From Candidatus Methylomirabilis oxygeniifera (GTDB taxonomy: Bacteria; Methylomirabilota; Methylomirabilia; Methylomirabilales; Methylomirabilaceae), in the NCBI GenBank assembly GCA_000091165.1, contig FP565575.1, forward strand, positions 660,001 through 692,000: a DNA stretch of 32,000 nucleotides, read 5' to 3'. The notes beneath the pieces were generated by a model, which worked only from the letters and a program-made list of their open reading frames with translations, was not told where the DNA came from and ran no database searches. Below, in pieces: positions 10,702 through 19,279 of this stretch. Position 1 is the first letter of the stretch; each line of letters begins with the position of its first letter. Both the position numbers and the translations under genes were made by a program.

Positions 10702-11076
10702 GAATTTACCGGAAACAATAACTGTTTCGATGACCGCCTCCACACGCTGCAGCAGGACCATCTCGGTCTGATCACTGAAGCCTATTGCTCTCTCTATCCG
10801 GAGAAAAAAAACACCGAAAAGGTCTGCTGCTTTTTCGACGAGATTCAGGCCGTTCCCGGATGGGAGCGCTTCGTCGACCGCGTGATGCGCACGGAACAAT
10901 GCGAGGTCTATCTCACGGGCTCGTCGGCCAAGATGCTCTCGAAGGAGATTGCCACGCAGATGCGCGGGCGGGCGCTCTCATGGGAGCTGTTTCCGTTCTC
11001 GTTCAGGGAATTCCTGGACTACAAAGCCATCGAGAGTGAGGGCGCGCTGTTGACGAAGAAGCGGTTCCTCGTTTAG
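10702..11076 (+). pseudogene. Fragment of AAA/DUF4143-type ATPase
   Basis: In-frame stretch DDRLHTLQQDHLGLITEAYCSLYPEKKNTEKVCCFFDEIQAVPGWERFVDRVMRTEQCEVYLTGSSAKMLSKEIATQMRGRALSWELFPFSFREFLDY; both the ATP-binding N-terminus and the C-terminal domain are missing. Confidence 0.7.
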
Positions 11077-11671
11077 AAGGCGTTCGAGGCGTACGGGAGA
11101 CCGGTGGCTTCCCCGAGGTCGTCGGCCTTGGCCGGAACCTTCGGATCAAGACGCACCAGGAATACTTTCATACTATAGTGAAGCGATGACTGAACTCAAG
11201 CTCACAGCAGTAACCATCGTGACCCGGAGCGGGCGTGAGCGAATCGAGGTGGACGGTGGAACCATCGAGGTCGTTCCGGCATGGCGATTCCTCCTCGACC
11301 TACCGGAATCAACAATCTAACCAGAGGCTGAAAACGATTATCGGTGGAGCTTGCCCCTCGACTCTGACCAGGGGCAGATGTACCGATCGGTTTTTGCTTG
11401 AACTGGGTTTGGATTCTTTGATAGTGTCTCGGCTACCTCAGCGCCATCGCTTGCTTGTCGCTCTATCCGATTCGGTCACCGCAAGATACCGGGGAGGCCG
11501 AGCAGGAGGATCTCGGCAAGTTGGTCCATCCGGCGGGTTGATGAACAAGATGCGGAAGACACCCCAACGGGAGATTGAGCGGGCTGAGGCGCATCGGAGA
11601 GTGTATATGCAGAGGAGCGTCACGCGATAACCCCCCGGCCTAAAGGCGGGGACTTATAGGAGCCGTCATTT

Positions 11672-12421
11672 ATGATCAGCAGGGTGTCTGTGTTCATTGG
11701 TCTGGTGCTGGGTGTGGTCTTCATTGCGGGGTGCGAGAAACGCGAGATGCATGTCAAAACCGTTAATGTCAGCGCATCAACCATTTACTGCCGCTTCGAT
11801 CCATCCTGTGCGGTAAACAGTAACGACAGCACTACGACGCCTATTCCGATGCAGGCTGGGGGGACCGCGTTGCTCCACTCCCGCACCTTCGCGGGCAAAC
11901 CCGGGACGCCGGCGAGCGGTCTGTACGGCTACGAGTATCGGCTGGATCTCGAAAAGGCCAGCGAGACGATGGTGGAGGTCGAAGGTGTTGCGACGAAGCG
12001 CGTGCCTTGTTTGTTGACCATGTCGCTGGAGTTTGGTCCTATCGTCGATACCCTGGATTACGATGGTGATGGGAAGGCGGGAGATTTGATCTATATCGTC
12101 ACGAGCGGCGGGCCCGGCACGATTCGGCCTGGAGCGGTCCACCGGTGGCGCAACAAGCTCATCGTGAACTTCGACACCCCCGTCTGCGTCGGACCGTCCG
12201 GTGACCAGGGCCATAGCAGCTATCTCTTTGGCCTAGCCTCCACGCAGCCCCCGACGTCCGTCGAAGCCACGGTCAAGGAAACGGCCGGCTTAGCCGCGGC
12301 ACCGGTAAAATACGAGCAACTTCCACGGGCGGCAAAACTCGAACACCTGCCAAGCTACAACGTGCCGGTCCGCGGCCCTCAGATCAGTCCGACGCAGGAG
12401 TCGGAGCGTTCCGGAAGCTAG
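11672..12421 (+). CDS. Hypothetical lipoprotein
   Basis: 249 aa with lipobox-like N-terminus MISRVSVFIGLVLGVVFIAGCEKR. Confidence 0.65.
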   Translation: MISRVSVFIGLVLGVVFIAGCEKREMHVKTVNVSASTIYCRFDPSCAVNSNDSTTTPIPMQAGGTALLHSRTFAGKPGTPASGLYGYEYRLDLEKASETMVEVEGVATKRVPCLLTMSLEFGPIVDTLDYDGDGKAGDLIYIVTSGGPGTIRPGAVHRWRNKLIVNFDTPVCVGPSGDQGHSSYLFGLASTQPPTSVEATVKETAGLAAAPVKYEQLPRAAKLEHLPSYNVPVRGPQISPTQESERSGS

Positions 12422-12446
12422 TGTCGTGTCCCTGACGGTACGTTAC

Positions 12447-12497
12447 ATATTCCGTTCGTCGTGAGCCTGGTCGAAGGACTCACCACGAACGGAATAT
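12447..12497. repeat. Palindromic REP-like element (CCGTTCG..TGAGCC..TCGAAG family)
   Basis: 19-bp arms with one mismatch: ATATTCCGTTCGTCGTGAG (12447-12465) / CTCACCACGAACGGAATAT (12479-12497). Confidence 0.8.
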
Positions 12498-13156
12498 AGG
12501 GATTTCTGCGATACTACGCTGGCCCGCACTCGCAGACCTTCCAGTATGACCCAGAAGAGTTCACCGCGCGGCAGGTCACCTGTATCAGTATCGAACGCTG
12601 CGATCTGGCGATGATCGACACCAAGAGCAGAGCGCTCGAAGTCGTTCAAGCGCTGAGAGCATAGTTCGCCAGAGTGCAGCCGATCACCGTCCAACAGGTG
12701 TCTCAGGTTACAGCCCCATGTCGGCCGGATAGTCATGGCTGATGTCCCATGTTGCCACTTTCCCAGGTCCTGGCACATCCCGTGCAATTGCATCCGCGCC
12801 TGAGAGGGTCGGCCGACAGACACGACAGCCTGACGGGGAGGTACCGCGTGGCGCATGTCAAGACGGATGAAGTTGTTGCGAAGATGATCGAGGTAGGAGT
12901 TGCAAAAGGACAGCTTCCGATGACTCTTGGCAACGTCGTCGTCGGCTTTCTGTTTACCGGCCTTCCGCTCTACATCACCCATCATCGTAAGAATCAGGCG
13001 CGTTGAACTGCTGAGTGAAGCCGCACCGGCACCTCGCCTCTGCGCAAGGTTCGGGACAGCCCACCCGTAAACGGCGCACAGCAAGTCGGATTGCGTCGAA
13101 CTCGGGCTGCGGCGGATCTGAGATGATCGCTCGCTGCCGTTCCTCCGCACAGCAGT

Positions 13157-14032
13157 TCAGGACCTCCGTTTCTCTCTGGTGGAGGGCGTGATCACCATGG
13201 ACATGAACAACAGCGCAAGCAGCCCCAGCAGGGCTGGAGTGAAAAGAATCAAAAACCCTGGTCCCATTCGCCATTTTCCCGTAATCGGATCGTAGTCAAA
13301 GCAGCGAAAAATGGTGTTGTCTCCGGGGAGGGGATATGAGGGAATAAATTCCCCCTGCATTTCTCTCAATACCTCTGCCAGTCTGGAGGTTGCCTGAAAC
13401 CCTGCGAGTATTCTCAGGAGATACCCATTCCGATCAATGCCGGCGACCATCGCCGGATGATCGTATCCTTTGATCTCTTCGCGCCATTCAATGTGAAACC
13501 CCATGCTTTGGGTTAGTGCTGTGATCTCTTTCGTTACGCCAAATAGCCAGCGTTCCGGTTGGGGTAAGTCCAGGATACTCGCCACTCTCGTCATATCCTC
13601 TACAGTATCCAGAGGATCAAGACTGAGGACCAGCACGCGATATCCATCCACTCGAATGTTTTGCAGTTCGTTCCGAAGATACTGGAGATACGGGTAGCAA
13701 ATAGTCGGACATCGGGTATACACCATCGTGAGAAGAACGGGATGTGTCGTATAGATCTCAGAAAGGTGAATCTCCTTCTGAGCAGTCTGTACAACGATAT
13801 CCGGGATCTTGCGATAGACGTATCGATTCTCATCGGGCAATGCTGGTTGCGCAAAGGCGGACGCTGCCGGCAAAAGTATAATGGTGCAGGTGATGAACGC
13901 CGCCGAATACAGTCGACAGCGTGCTACGACGGAACAACGCGGAGCCTTCGGCAGGATAATAGTTGAGAGCAAGGCAAGCTGTCGAATAAGGTCGTTGACT
14001 CGAGGATTCACGATGACTTGGCAAGAGACCAT
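13157..14032 (-). CDS. SCO1/SenC-family copper chaperone (membrane anchored)
   Basis: CXXXC copper motif in VYTRCPTICYPYLQYLR, later LSLDPLDTVEDMTRV and HPAMVAGIDRNG (conserved His), C-terminal TM (FLILFTPALLGLLALLFMSMVI). The exact start may be internal. Confidence 0.85.
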   Translation of the reverse strand: MVSCQVIVNPRVNDLIRQLALLSTIILPKAPRCSVVARCRLYSAAFITCTIILLPAASAFAQPALPDENRYVYRKIPDIVVQTAQKEIHLSEIYTTHPVLLTMVYTRCPTICYPYLQYLRNELQNIRVDGYRVLVLSLDPLDTVEDMTRVASILDLPQPERWLFGVTKEITALTQSMGFHIEWREEIKGYDHPAMVAGIDRNGYLLRILAGFQATSRLAEVLREMQGEFIPSYPLPGDNTIFRCFDYDPITGKWRMGPGFLILFTPALLGLLALLFMSMVITPSTREKRRS

Positions 14033-14157
14033 CTCTTGATGCTTGACAGATACATTGAAATGCTCATGCCCCCTTATTCGTTAATACACCCCGCAATACA
14101 GATTCAGCCCGGTATCTTTGAATTACGCGTCCTCTCCGCCTTGGGAACCATCACGCC

Positions 14158-14793
14158 TTATGGGGCTGTACGAACAAACGAAGCGGCGCTGATTGTTCCC
14201 TCAGTAAAGCCAAGCCGGAAGTCGTAACGACGGCCTCCGAATGGAACTTGCAAGGCATCCCAATTCCGGAGAGTCCGTTGTTCCCTCGGCCTTCCTTCAG
14301 GAGTGGACTCTTTGACCGTATTACACGAGTCATCAACGATCGAAATAACCTTGAATATCTTTCCGTCTGAGACAAATCGAAATACAAGCGCGCCAATGGG
14401 TTGACCTGAATCGGTGAACTCAACGCCAATGGCTTCTTCCTTATTCTGGTCTCGCCCGATAAGCACAACATCTCTGGAGCCTTCCTCCAGGATCCGCACT
14501 CTGCCGTTTGGAACATTGGAGAAATATGCCGCAAGGCAGCCCTGTGCCCCTGGTGATTGTGCATCCATGAGAGTAGAAGGTTGGTTGGCGGGCTGCGCCG
14601 ATGGCGCAGTCACAGCAGGCCCTCTTGATGCCGACGTCGCAGCGGGGATCGGACGTGCATGTTTACGGTCGAACACTCCAAATGAATAAACAATGCTAAG
14701 CAGTCCGATGATAGCCGTTATGACTGTCGCTATCCCTGTCAGGATTCCCTGCGTGGAACTCCAGAAGGATTTTTTGTCGCTCATGTTGTTCAT
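14158..14793 (-). CDS. Hypothetical protein with N-terminal transmembrane segment
   Basis: 211 aa, ILTGIATVITAIIGLLSIVYSFGVF TM followed by a soluble domain; sits between the HCO subunit I and SCO genes. Confidence 0.65.
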   Translation of the reverse strand: MNNMSDKKSFWSSTQGILTGIATVITAIIGLLSIVYSFGVFDRKHARPIPAATSASRGPAVTAPSAQPANQPSTLMDAQSPGAQGCLAAYFSNVPNGRVRILEEGSRDVVLIGRDQNKEEAIGVEFTDSGQPIGALVFRFVSDGKIFKVISIVDDSCNTVKESTPEGRPREQRTLRNWDALQVPFGGRRYDFRLGFTEGTISAASFVRTAP

Positions 14794-14917
14794 GGCTTGC
14801 CCCCAATGATATTGGCTTGACTAACCTCTGTCATGCGCAGATGGCTATTGTCTCCCTGGATTACGACGGCAAACAAACATAAATCGGACATCTCACCGAG
14901 TGGCTGAGCATAACCAC

Positions 14918-16342
14918 TCAACGGGAAAAGGCTTTGGCGCACCTCTGTGATGCGCCGAAAAAAAAGACGATGATCCCTAGCAAATACAACAGGGCGAAAA
15001 TCACGGCAGCTTTTGCCAGTGTTGTGCCAAGGGGCAGATCGGGAGGATAGAGATTGAATCTTCTGGGGATGGAGAACGTTCCCGAAAGATAAAACATGCT
15101 TACGAATCCCCAGCCCCCGAATAAGAGCAATGCAAAGACGCTCCTCGAAAGTCCGACAGAGAAGGGTGTTCCGGACACCTTCTCTGCGAACCAGACGACG
15201 AAGGCGAGATTGAAAAAGATCTGACCCAACAAGTTATAGGTATGAAAGTGGGCGGGAACCCACTGGGTGTTGTGCAGGACAAAATTGTTGACAATCGTTG
15301 CATCCAACACGGCCGCTACCCCGCCTATCGCCCAACCGAGCACCCCATAAAAATAGAGGAGAGAGGCCAGATTCCATTTCATCGAGTTTCGGTAGGTATA
15401 GGCGAGCACACTGAAGATCGTGACCACCGCCGCAGGGAGAGGAGCCAGGAACGAGGCGATCTGACCGATAAACTGAAATCCGGTCGGCTGGACAAAATCC
15501 ATGTACAGATGGTGAAAGTAGGCGAACATCACGATAAGAAAGGTCGCATTCCAGGATAATGCCACATACCATGCAGTCTTCCATTTTGCGCGACGGCCGA
15601 ATTCCGGATAGAGCTCGTACAGGACCGCCACCGCCAAATACAGCATCTCATTGACCAGCGTGTGTCCAAAAATAAACGTCAGATTCTTCATCAGGAGCGC
15701 ATCGTTTTTCATCCACCCCAGATGCTCCCCAAAGTACAGGGTTAGCAGGGTCACCCCGGCAAGCAGGCAGATAAAAATACCGATCAGCGTCGCGGTGAGA
15801 ACGACAATGAATGGTGGAACCTCCGGCTCTTTTTTCCCGCGAAGGTAGTGCCAGGCCAAGGCCTGGGATAATGGATATTTCCGCAAGATGCCGATCAGCA
15901 TGGACACGGTCCAGACCAGCCAACCTACCCCCAATACTGCGATGCTGACAAGAAAAAGCGGCGTCGCCCACTCTTCCCATGTTCTGTAAAAGGGAAGCGG
16001 ATAGAGAAAATACCACCCGGCGGCAAACTTCCCGATAAAGGTCGCAATGATCAGTAAGACCACACCGATCACCGTCAGGATATAGGCGACAATGTTTCCG
16101 ACCAACGGTGACCGAGTGTATTTATTCAACAGATAGTCGTTACTGGCCATGCCGATGACAAACCAGGTGCCCGCCATGCCGAGGCCATGGAGGGTGAGGA
16201 ATGAGAAGAAACGGTCCGCCGGCACGGTGATCACGCCTCCCTGGTTGGCACGCATCAAGATGCCGAGAAGGATCAGGATGGGAAAGAGGATAAGGCCGGT
16301 GTAGGTCCATACCGCGGTCATGCGGGAATATGTTTTCTCCAT
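14918..16342 (-). CDS. Heme-copper oxidase superfamily subunit I, non-canonical active site (candidate CuA-type NO reductase)
   Basis: 474 aa, about 12 hydrophobic segments. Ligand motifs: LTLHGLGMAGTW (low-spin heme His), GHTLVNEMLY (CuB His), YFHHLYMDF (CuB His-His), TQWVPAHFHTYN (high- and low-spin heme His). Confidence 0.9.
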   Translation of the reverse strand: MEKTYSRMTAVWTYTGLILFPILILLGILMRANQGGVITVPADRFFSFLTLHGLGMAGTWFVIGMASNDYLLNKYTRSPLVGNIVAYILTVIGVVLLIIATFIGKFAAGWYFLYPLPFYRTWEEWATPLFLVSIAVLGVGWLVWTVSMLIGILRKYPLSQALAWHYLRGKKEPEVPPFIVVLTATLIGIFICLLAGVTLLTLYFGEHLGWMKNDALLMKNLTFIFGHTLVNEMLYLAVAVLYELYPEFGRRAKWKTAWYVALSWNATFLIVMFAYFHHLYMDFVQPTGFQFIGQIASFLAPLPAAVVTIFSVLAYTYRNSMKWNLASLLYFYGVLGWAIGGVAAVLDATIVNNFVLHNTQWVPAHFHTYNLLGQIFFNLAFVVWFAEKVSGTPFSVGLSRSVFALLLFGGWGFVSMFYLSGTFSIPRRFNLYPPDLPLGTTLAKAAVIFALLYLLGIIVFFFGASQRCAKAFSR

Positions 16343-16354
16343 ATCGTCTTCTCC

Positions 16355-16912
16355 TTACCTGACCTCAAAACTCGTTCGCATAATAAAATGGGCAAGGCCG
16401 CAGTATTCCATGCACAGGACAGTATATATGCCGGGTTTTTCAAACCGAAAACGCAAGCGATTGACATAACCCGGCATCGCCTGAACCTGAGCGATGATGG
16501 TATGTTCCGGGTCGAAGATGCCGAATCCGTGATTCACATCCCGGCTGGTGACGCGGAACTCTACGAGGGCCCCTACGGGCAGAACAGTGCCGCCTGAAGC
16601 TTCGGCGGGAGCCTTTTCCTTGTCGAGCGATTCATCGGACAGGATAAAGGCAAACTGCTGTGCCGTCACGGCGATGATTTTTTCCGGCCGTTCTTGGACA
16701 AACAGCAGATAGGGAGAGCGGGGCAGGGTGAAAAAGAACACCACACCAAGGATGATAGCAAGCGCGAGAAACCAAAGACCCCGGTAGCGATTGACCTGTG
16801 CAGACGCAATGTCGGTCGCGTGTTTTGTGCTGGCAAACACCATCTGAAAGACCAGCACAAGCACGCCGGTCACAACCAGAAAGCTGATCAGAACAAGAAC
16901 CTGCTGCGTCAT
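16355..16912 (-). CDS. Cytochrome c oxidase/NOR-type subunit II with CuA site
   Basis: 185 aa, two N-terminal TM segments, CuA ligands DVNHGF...CMEYCGLAHFIM (H ... C-x-E-x-C-x3-H-x2-M). Confidence 0.92.
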   Translation of the reverse strand: MTQQVLVLISFLVVTGVLVLVFQMVFASTKHATDIASAQVNRYRGLWFLALAIILGVVFFFTLPRSPYLLFVQERPEKIIAVTAQQFAFILSDESLDKEKAPAEASGGTVLPVGALVEFRVTSRDVNHGFGIFDPEHTIIAQVQAMPGYVNRLRFRFEKPGIYTVLCMEYCGLAHFIMRTSFEVR

Positions 16913-17299
16913 GCCTGTCTCCTGGCTTGGAGCGAGGTGTCATCGATCGTCAGGTGCAACATACCGTCGGACAAGTCGGTCCTGGCCAGGGTGAGTGCTA
17001 CGTGCTGGTCACAGATTGCGGCGACCCGGCGGCGCTCCCCCTGGTTCCTCGGCCGTGTGCAGGCGGTACGGGGTATCTACACAAAAATGGCGAGGGGAGG
17101 GGCTGGTACGTCGAGGCCACATCTCGCATATACCTGGGGAGGCGATGCCCAATGCCGTCTCGAACTGCTTTGCGGCCATGGTTACCTTTCTTGTTCGGCG
17201 GGGTGAAAACAAAGGCAAGCATATCATAGCCCCATACGATGCAAAAGAGGCAAAATAGGCCCAAACAGGATAAACAGGTAGTAGCCGGTTGAAACGGAA

Positions 17300-18214
17300 T
17301 CAGGGATGATGGGAATCGTGAGGACGGGTGGAGACGCCGAGAAAGGTGAGGAAGGCGTTACAGATCGGTGAGCGTGAGCGGTGGCGGTGAGTGATGAGGT
17401 AGAAAGGTCTGGTCAGCTTGAGACCTGCGATAGGAATGGCGTAGAGTTCGCGGCAGTTGATGTCGCTTGCGACGGCGAGCCGCGAGATGATGGCGATACC
17501 TCCGCCTGCCTTGACCGCTTGCCGGATCGCCTCATTGCTGCCCATCTCCCCGATTATCTTGAAGGCGCCGATCGACAAATTACGACGCTCCAGGGCCCGT
17601 TCCAGCATCTTACGTGTTCCTGATCCGCGCTCCCGAATGAGAAACGGCTGACTCGGCAGTTCCTTTGCCCTGACGCTCTTCCGAGATGCCCATGGGTGTG
17701 CAGGCGGCACGACCAGGACCATCTCGTCTTCGGCAAATGTCTGATACTCGATCCTGCTGTCATCGAATTGTGCGCCTACGGCGCCGATCTCATAGGCGCC
17801 GTCGATCACGGCCTCGATAATCTCCTTTGAGTCTGAGACCTTGAGGACGATCGAGATGTCCGAATAGCGGGCCCTGAATGGTCCGATCAGCGGCGGGAGC
17901 AGATAGCCGCCCGGGATGCTGCTGGCGCCGAGTATCAGTTCTCCCTTCAGCCCTCCCTTGAACTCATCGAGCGCCTGTTGGGCTTCCTGGCGGAGCGTCA
18001 GGATCCGCCTGGCATAGCGATACAGCAAGTTGCCGGCCTTTGTTGGGGTGGCCCGATGTCCGAGGCGATCGAGGAGCCGGATGCCGACGTCCTTCTCGAG
18101 CTTCTTGATGTGGCCGCTGACCGTGGGCTGGGTCAGGTACATCGCGTCGGCCGCCTTCGAGAAGCTCCCCGATTCGACGATTCTGCAGAACAGTTCGAGG
18201 ACGTGGAGATCCAT
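17300..18214 (-). CDS. LysR-family transcriptional regulator
   Basis: Start ATG at 18214: MDLHVLELFCRIVESGSFSKAADAMYLTQPTVSGHIKKLEKDVGIRLLDRLGHRATPTKAGNLLYRYARRIL, typical LysR HTH; the ORF-track start at 18346 is over-extended. Confidence 0.92.
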   Translation of the reverse strand: MDLHVLELFCRIVESGSFSKAADAMYLTQPTVSGHIKKLEKDVGIRLLDRLGHRATPTKAGNLLYRYARRILTLRQEAQQALDEFKGGLKGELILGASSIPGGYLLPPLIGPFRARYSDISIVLKVSDSKEIIEAVIDGAYEIGAVGAQFDDSRIEYQTFAEDEMVLVVPPAHPWASRKSVRAKELPSQPFLIRERGSGTRKMLERALERRNLSIGAFKIIGEMGSNEAIRQAVKAGGGIAIISRLAVASDINCRELYAIPIAGLKLTRPFYLITHRHRSRSPICNAFLTFLGVSTRPHDSHHP

Positions 18215-18224
18215 GATGTGTCTT

Positions 18225-19271
18225 CTACTCGCTGCGAGAGCAGGCGCCGATTGCTTCCTGATACAGTTGGAGATAGGCGCGAATCTCTCCTTCTCGGGAA
18301 AACTCCCGCTCGATCTTCTCCTTTCCGTTCTTCCCGAGCGCGTCACGCAGGTCCGGCTCCCTGATCAGTCGCTCGGCCTGCCGGGTGAACTCCGCCTCCG
18401 AACTGAAGAGCAGCCCGTCGATCCCGTCTTGTACCACTGATCGGTTGCCCTCGATGTCCGAGGCCAGGACCGCTCGTCCGCAACTCATCGCCTCCAGGAT
18501 ACTGTTGGCCATACCGCCTTCGGAGAGCGACGAGTTGATCACGACATCGACGGATCCGAGCATAGCGCAAAGCTGTTCGTGAGGGACCGACCCCAGATAG
18601 AAGGCCCAGGGGTAGTCCCGCAAGGTTTCCTGTAATCGGGCTCCTTCGGCAGCCTCAATAATCGGTCCCACGAAGACGGCCTTGATCTGAGGGTACTGTA
18701 TTCTGAGCGCGTCGAGCGGCTTCAGGCAGAAGGTAACGTTTTTCACGCGCCGGATACCTGCCGGGATGAGAAAGATCAGGTCATCGTGCGTCAGACCCAG
18801 GTGGCGTCGGAGATCGAGCGACGTCTCCCGACAGCGAACCGTCTGACCGATCACCCGGATTCGGTGTGCTATCTCGGGCAGTTCGCCCACGAGTTTGGCC
18901 CGTATGCAGTCATGAAAGACGACGATGCGCGTTGCCCGTCGAAGGAAATCTATGATCTCCGGTCTTCGATGCGGATCGAAGAGATCGGCATTGACATCGG
19001 TTCCGGTCACGGTAAGGATCGAGGGGATGCCCAGCCGGAATGCGGCGTCCGTTACGATATGCCCTGATGAGCTGATATGGAATCCATGGACTAGATCGGG
19101 AGTGAAGGCGGCCAGCGCCCGAAGAATCTCGTCCGGCGAGGGGCCATCCTCCAGGGACCAGACCCGCACGGTCACGCCGTGATCCCGCAATCCTGATTCG
19201 ATACGCTGAACTGTGATCGAATTGCCACGAACGGACGGAACATAGAAGGGAGTGACAATACCCAGTCGCAT
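18225..19271 (-). CDS. Glycosyltransferase family 4 (group 1)
   Basis: Start ATG at 19271: MRLGIVTPFYVPSVRGNSITVQRIESGLRDHG...LVHGFHISSSGHI...INSSLSEGGMANSILEAMSCGRAVLASDIEGNRSVVQDGIDGLLF (GT4 E-x7-E region). Confidence 0.9.
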   Translation of the reverse strand: MRLGIVTPFYVPSVRGNSITVQRIESGLRDHGVTVRVWSLEDGPSPDEILRALAAFTPDLVHGFHISSSGHIVTDAAFRLGIPSILTVTGTDVNADLFDPHRRPEIIDFLRRATRIVVFHDCIRAKLVGELPEIAHRIRVIGQTVRCRETSLDLRRHLGLTHDDLIFLIPAGIRRVKNVTFCLKPLDALRIQYPQIKAVFVGPIIEAAEGARLQETLRDYPWAFYLGSVPHEQLCAMLGSVDVVINSSLSEGGMANSILEAMSCGRAVLASDIEGNRSVVQDGIDGLLFSSEAEFTRQAERLIREPDLRDALGKNGKEKIEREFSREGEIRAYLQLYQEAIGACSRSE

Positions 19272-19279
19272 CGGTCTCC

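Noticed and set aside
12443-13150. 235-aa minus-strand ORF
   Set aside because: No family resemblance, low-complexity composition and it spans the palindromic repeat; probably non-coding or a relic region.
16921-17299. Short ORFs in the gap between subunit II and the LysR gene
   Set aside because: Several overlapping frames of less than 100 aa with no recognisable features; treated as intergenic, possibly regulatory.
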